Below, piece after piece: positions 62,801-64,000 of a stretch of DNA of 64,000 nt. Both the position numbers and the translations under genes were made by a program. Source of the stretch: Selaginella moellendorffii (taxonomy: Eukaryota; Plantae; Lycopodiophyta); contig NW_003314279.1 of NCBI RefSeq assembly GCF_000143415.4, forward strand, positions 744,130-808,129, read 5' to 3'. The notes beneath the pieces were generated by a model. The model saw only the letters and a program-made list of their open reading frames with translations. It did not search any database and was not told where the DNA came from. How positions within the stretch are numbered: position 1 is the first letter of the stretch; each line of letters opens with the position of its first letter.

Positions 62801-64000
62801 AAAACAAGCCTATCACTGCTAAATCACCATCAAGTGAAACAAGTGTTAACAGCCCTTGACAAAATCTACAAGTAATTATTAGTTGCAAAGCTAACTCTTC
62901 AACTTGCCTTCACAAGAACCAAACACCAATCTCATATGATTGAATCATATACTTGTCCAACATGAACATAATACCTTAGGTATAAAGTAAAGGTTCATGG
63001 ACAAGCACGAACCAAATAACCACTCGAATCCAACTCAATTGCGACAAGCTCACCAATGCATTTAGCCTCTAGCTCTAAGCATGCCTTGAAGAGGCTAACT
63101 ATGCATGATTAACACTCAGTCGAAACTAAAGTGAAGACCATGAGATGGAATCATATCGTTACACATCCTCCTCACAAACAAAGCTATAGTATAGGTACTA
63201 ACATCTCAACTTCAAACAACTAAGCTGGACATCACCATACTCAGCCAAGGCATATAGCCACCAAAACCAAGTCAAGATCAGTGAGAGCTCATAGAGTCCT
63301 ACGAAATGTAAGGTGCAACCTGCCACTAAGCATAACGCTATAGAAGAAAGGCACAAGGGTCACCCTTCTTAGAAAAGCACAATGGCCACTTTTCTAAACC
63401 AACTCTAGATTCTATCCAACTCAATTGCTTTAGCCCCAAAAGTCAGCATCCCTTTTTAGGTCGCATCATACAAACTACCTACTAAAGTTTAAGCCAACTG
63501 AAGTCAACTCCAACCCCTTCACCAATTTGTATTGGATTACGAAAACAGAATGGTTTTCAGGCAAAGTGATCAATAGATTAGCCATTAGAAAAGTCTAAGA
63601 AAATTTGTGGAAAATTTTCCATCCTAGAGAAAAAATGACTCTTAGTCCAAGAATACAAATTTTCAAGACTCAACCAACTTCCTCCTACTAATAACTTCAT
63701 AAAAGTTTTTTGACATCCAATATTGAAATCCGCAAAAATGCAAAATGAACATCTAATGCTTGATCACAAAGACCACATATTCAGATATCCACATTGCACT
63801 AACACTCTTCTTCAATCACCTTCAAGATCTAATCTGAAGCCAAAACACTAACAAGAAAAATGATATAGAAACTCAAGTTCTAAGGAAAATTCCTTATCAC
63901 TCAAAATAACAATGCCACTTCCACTAACACAAGTGTTAGTGATGTCAATGCCTCAACTACACACCTTCTCCATTTAACAATTTACTCCAAGTGCTAACAG
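59883..64000 (-). mobile_element. Long decayed 3' internal region of the minus-strand LTR element, continuing beyond the window
   Basis: Abuts the PPT and LTR at 59882. Homologous pieces at 10.0-11.1, 21.1-21.7 and 29.6-30.8 kb. Strong A/C strand skew and no intact ORF. Confidence 0.65.

Noticed and set aside
59883-64000. Endogenous virus origin for the A/C-skewed region
   Set aside because: No viral hallmark motif is visible; the adjacent PPT and LTR favour a retrotransposon interior.

Overview
Plant nuclear DNA, most consistent with the lycophyte Selaginella (50-60 bp introns, very tight gene packing, many intronless PLS-class PPR genes; inferred, not database-checked). Bases 1-9.7 kb are a dense gene block: subtilase, F-box/kelch, farnesyltransferase alpha, a spliced SAMBA homologue missed by the ORF track, and two convergent PPR genes. 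Bases 9.7-30.7 kb are decayed repeats holding a Gypsy pol relic, an intact AT-rich secreted bulb-lectin ORF, a vWA gene fragment, a Cassandra-like 5S-carrying TRIM, PPR genes and fragments, and a hAT relic. The most interesting object is a 12,944-bp DNA transposon at 30772-43715 with 24-bp TIRs and a 4-bp TSD. It carries a Sola1-like DDD transposase on the minus strand. On the plus strand it carries a divergent multi-exon cargo gene (or two) with ParB-like, degenerate DNA-methyltransferase-like and FCP1/NIF phosphatase-like regions. About 25 copies of a 22-bp palindrome (ATGGCRTG-N6-CAYGCCAT) are spread through the element, many inside introns, and a 288-bp MITE with the same ends keeps two copies. 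This looks like an element-encoded, sequence-specific self-recognition system (parS/ParB-like or VANC-like); that reading is a hypothesis. Bases 44.5-64 kb are a three-level nest of LTR retroelements, including a young non-coding LTR element inserted in the LTR of an older copy of itself. All family assignments are by eye from motifs.
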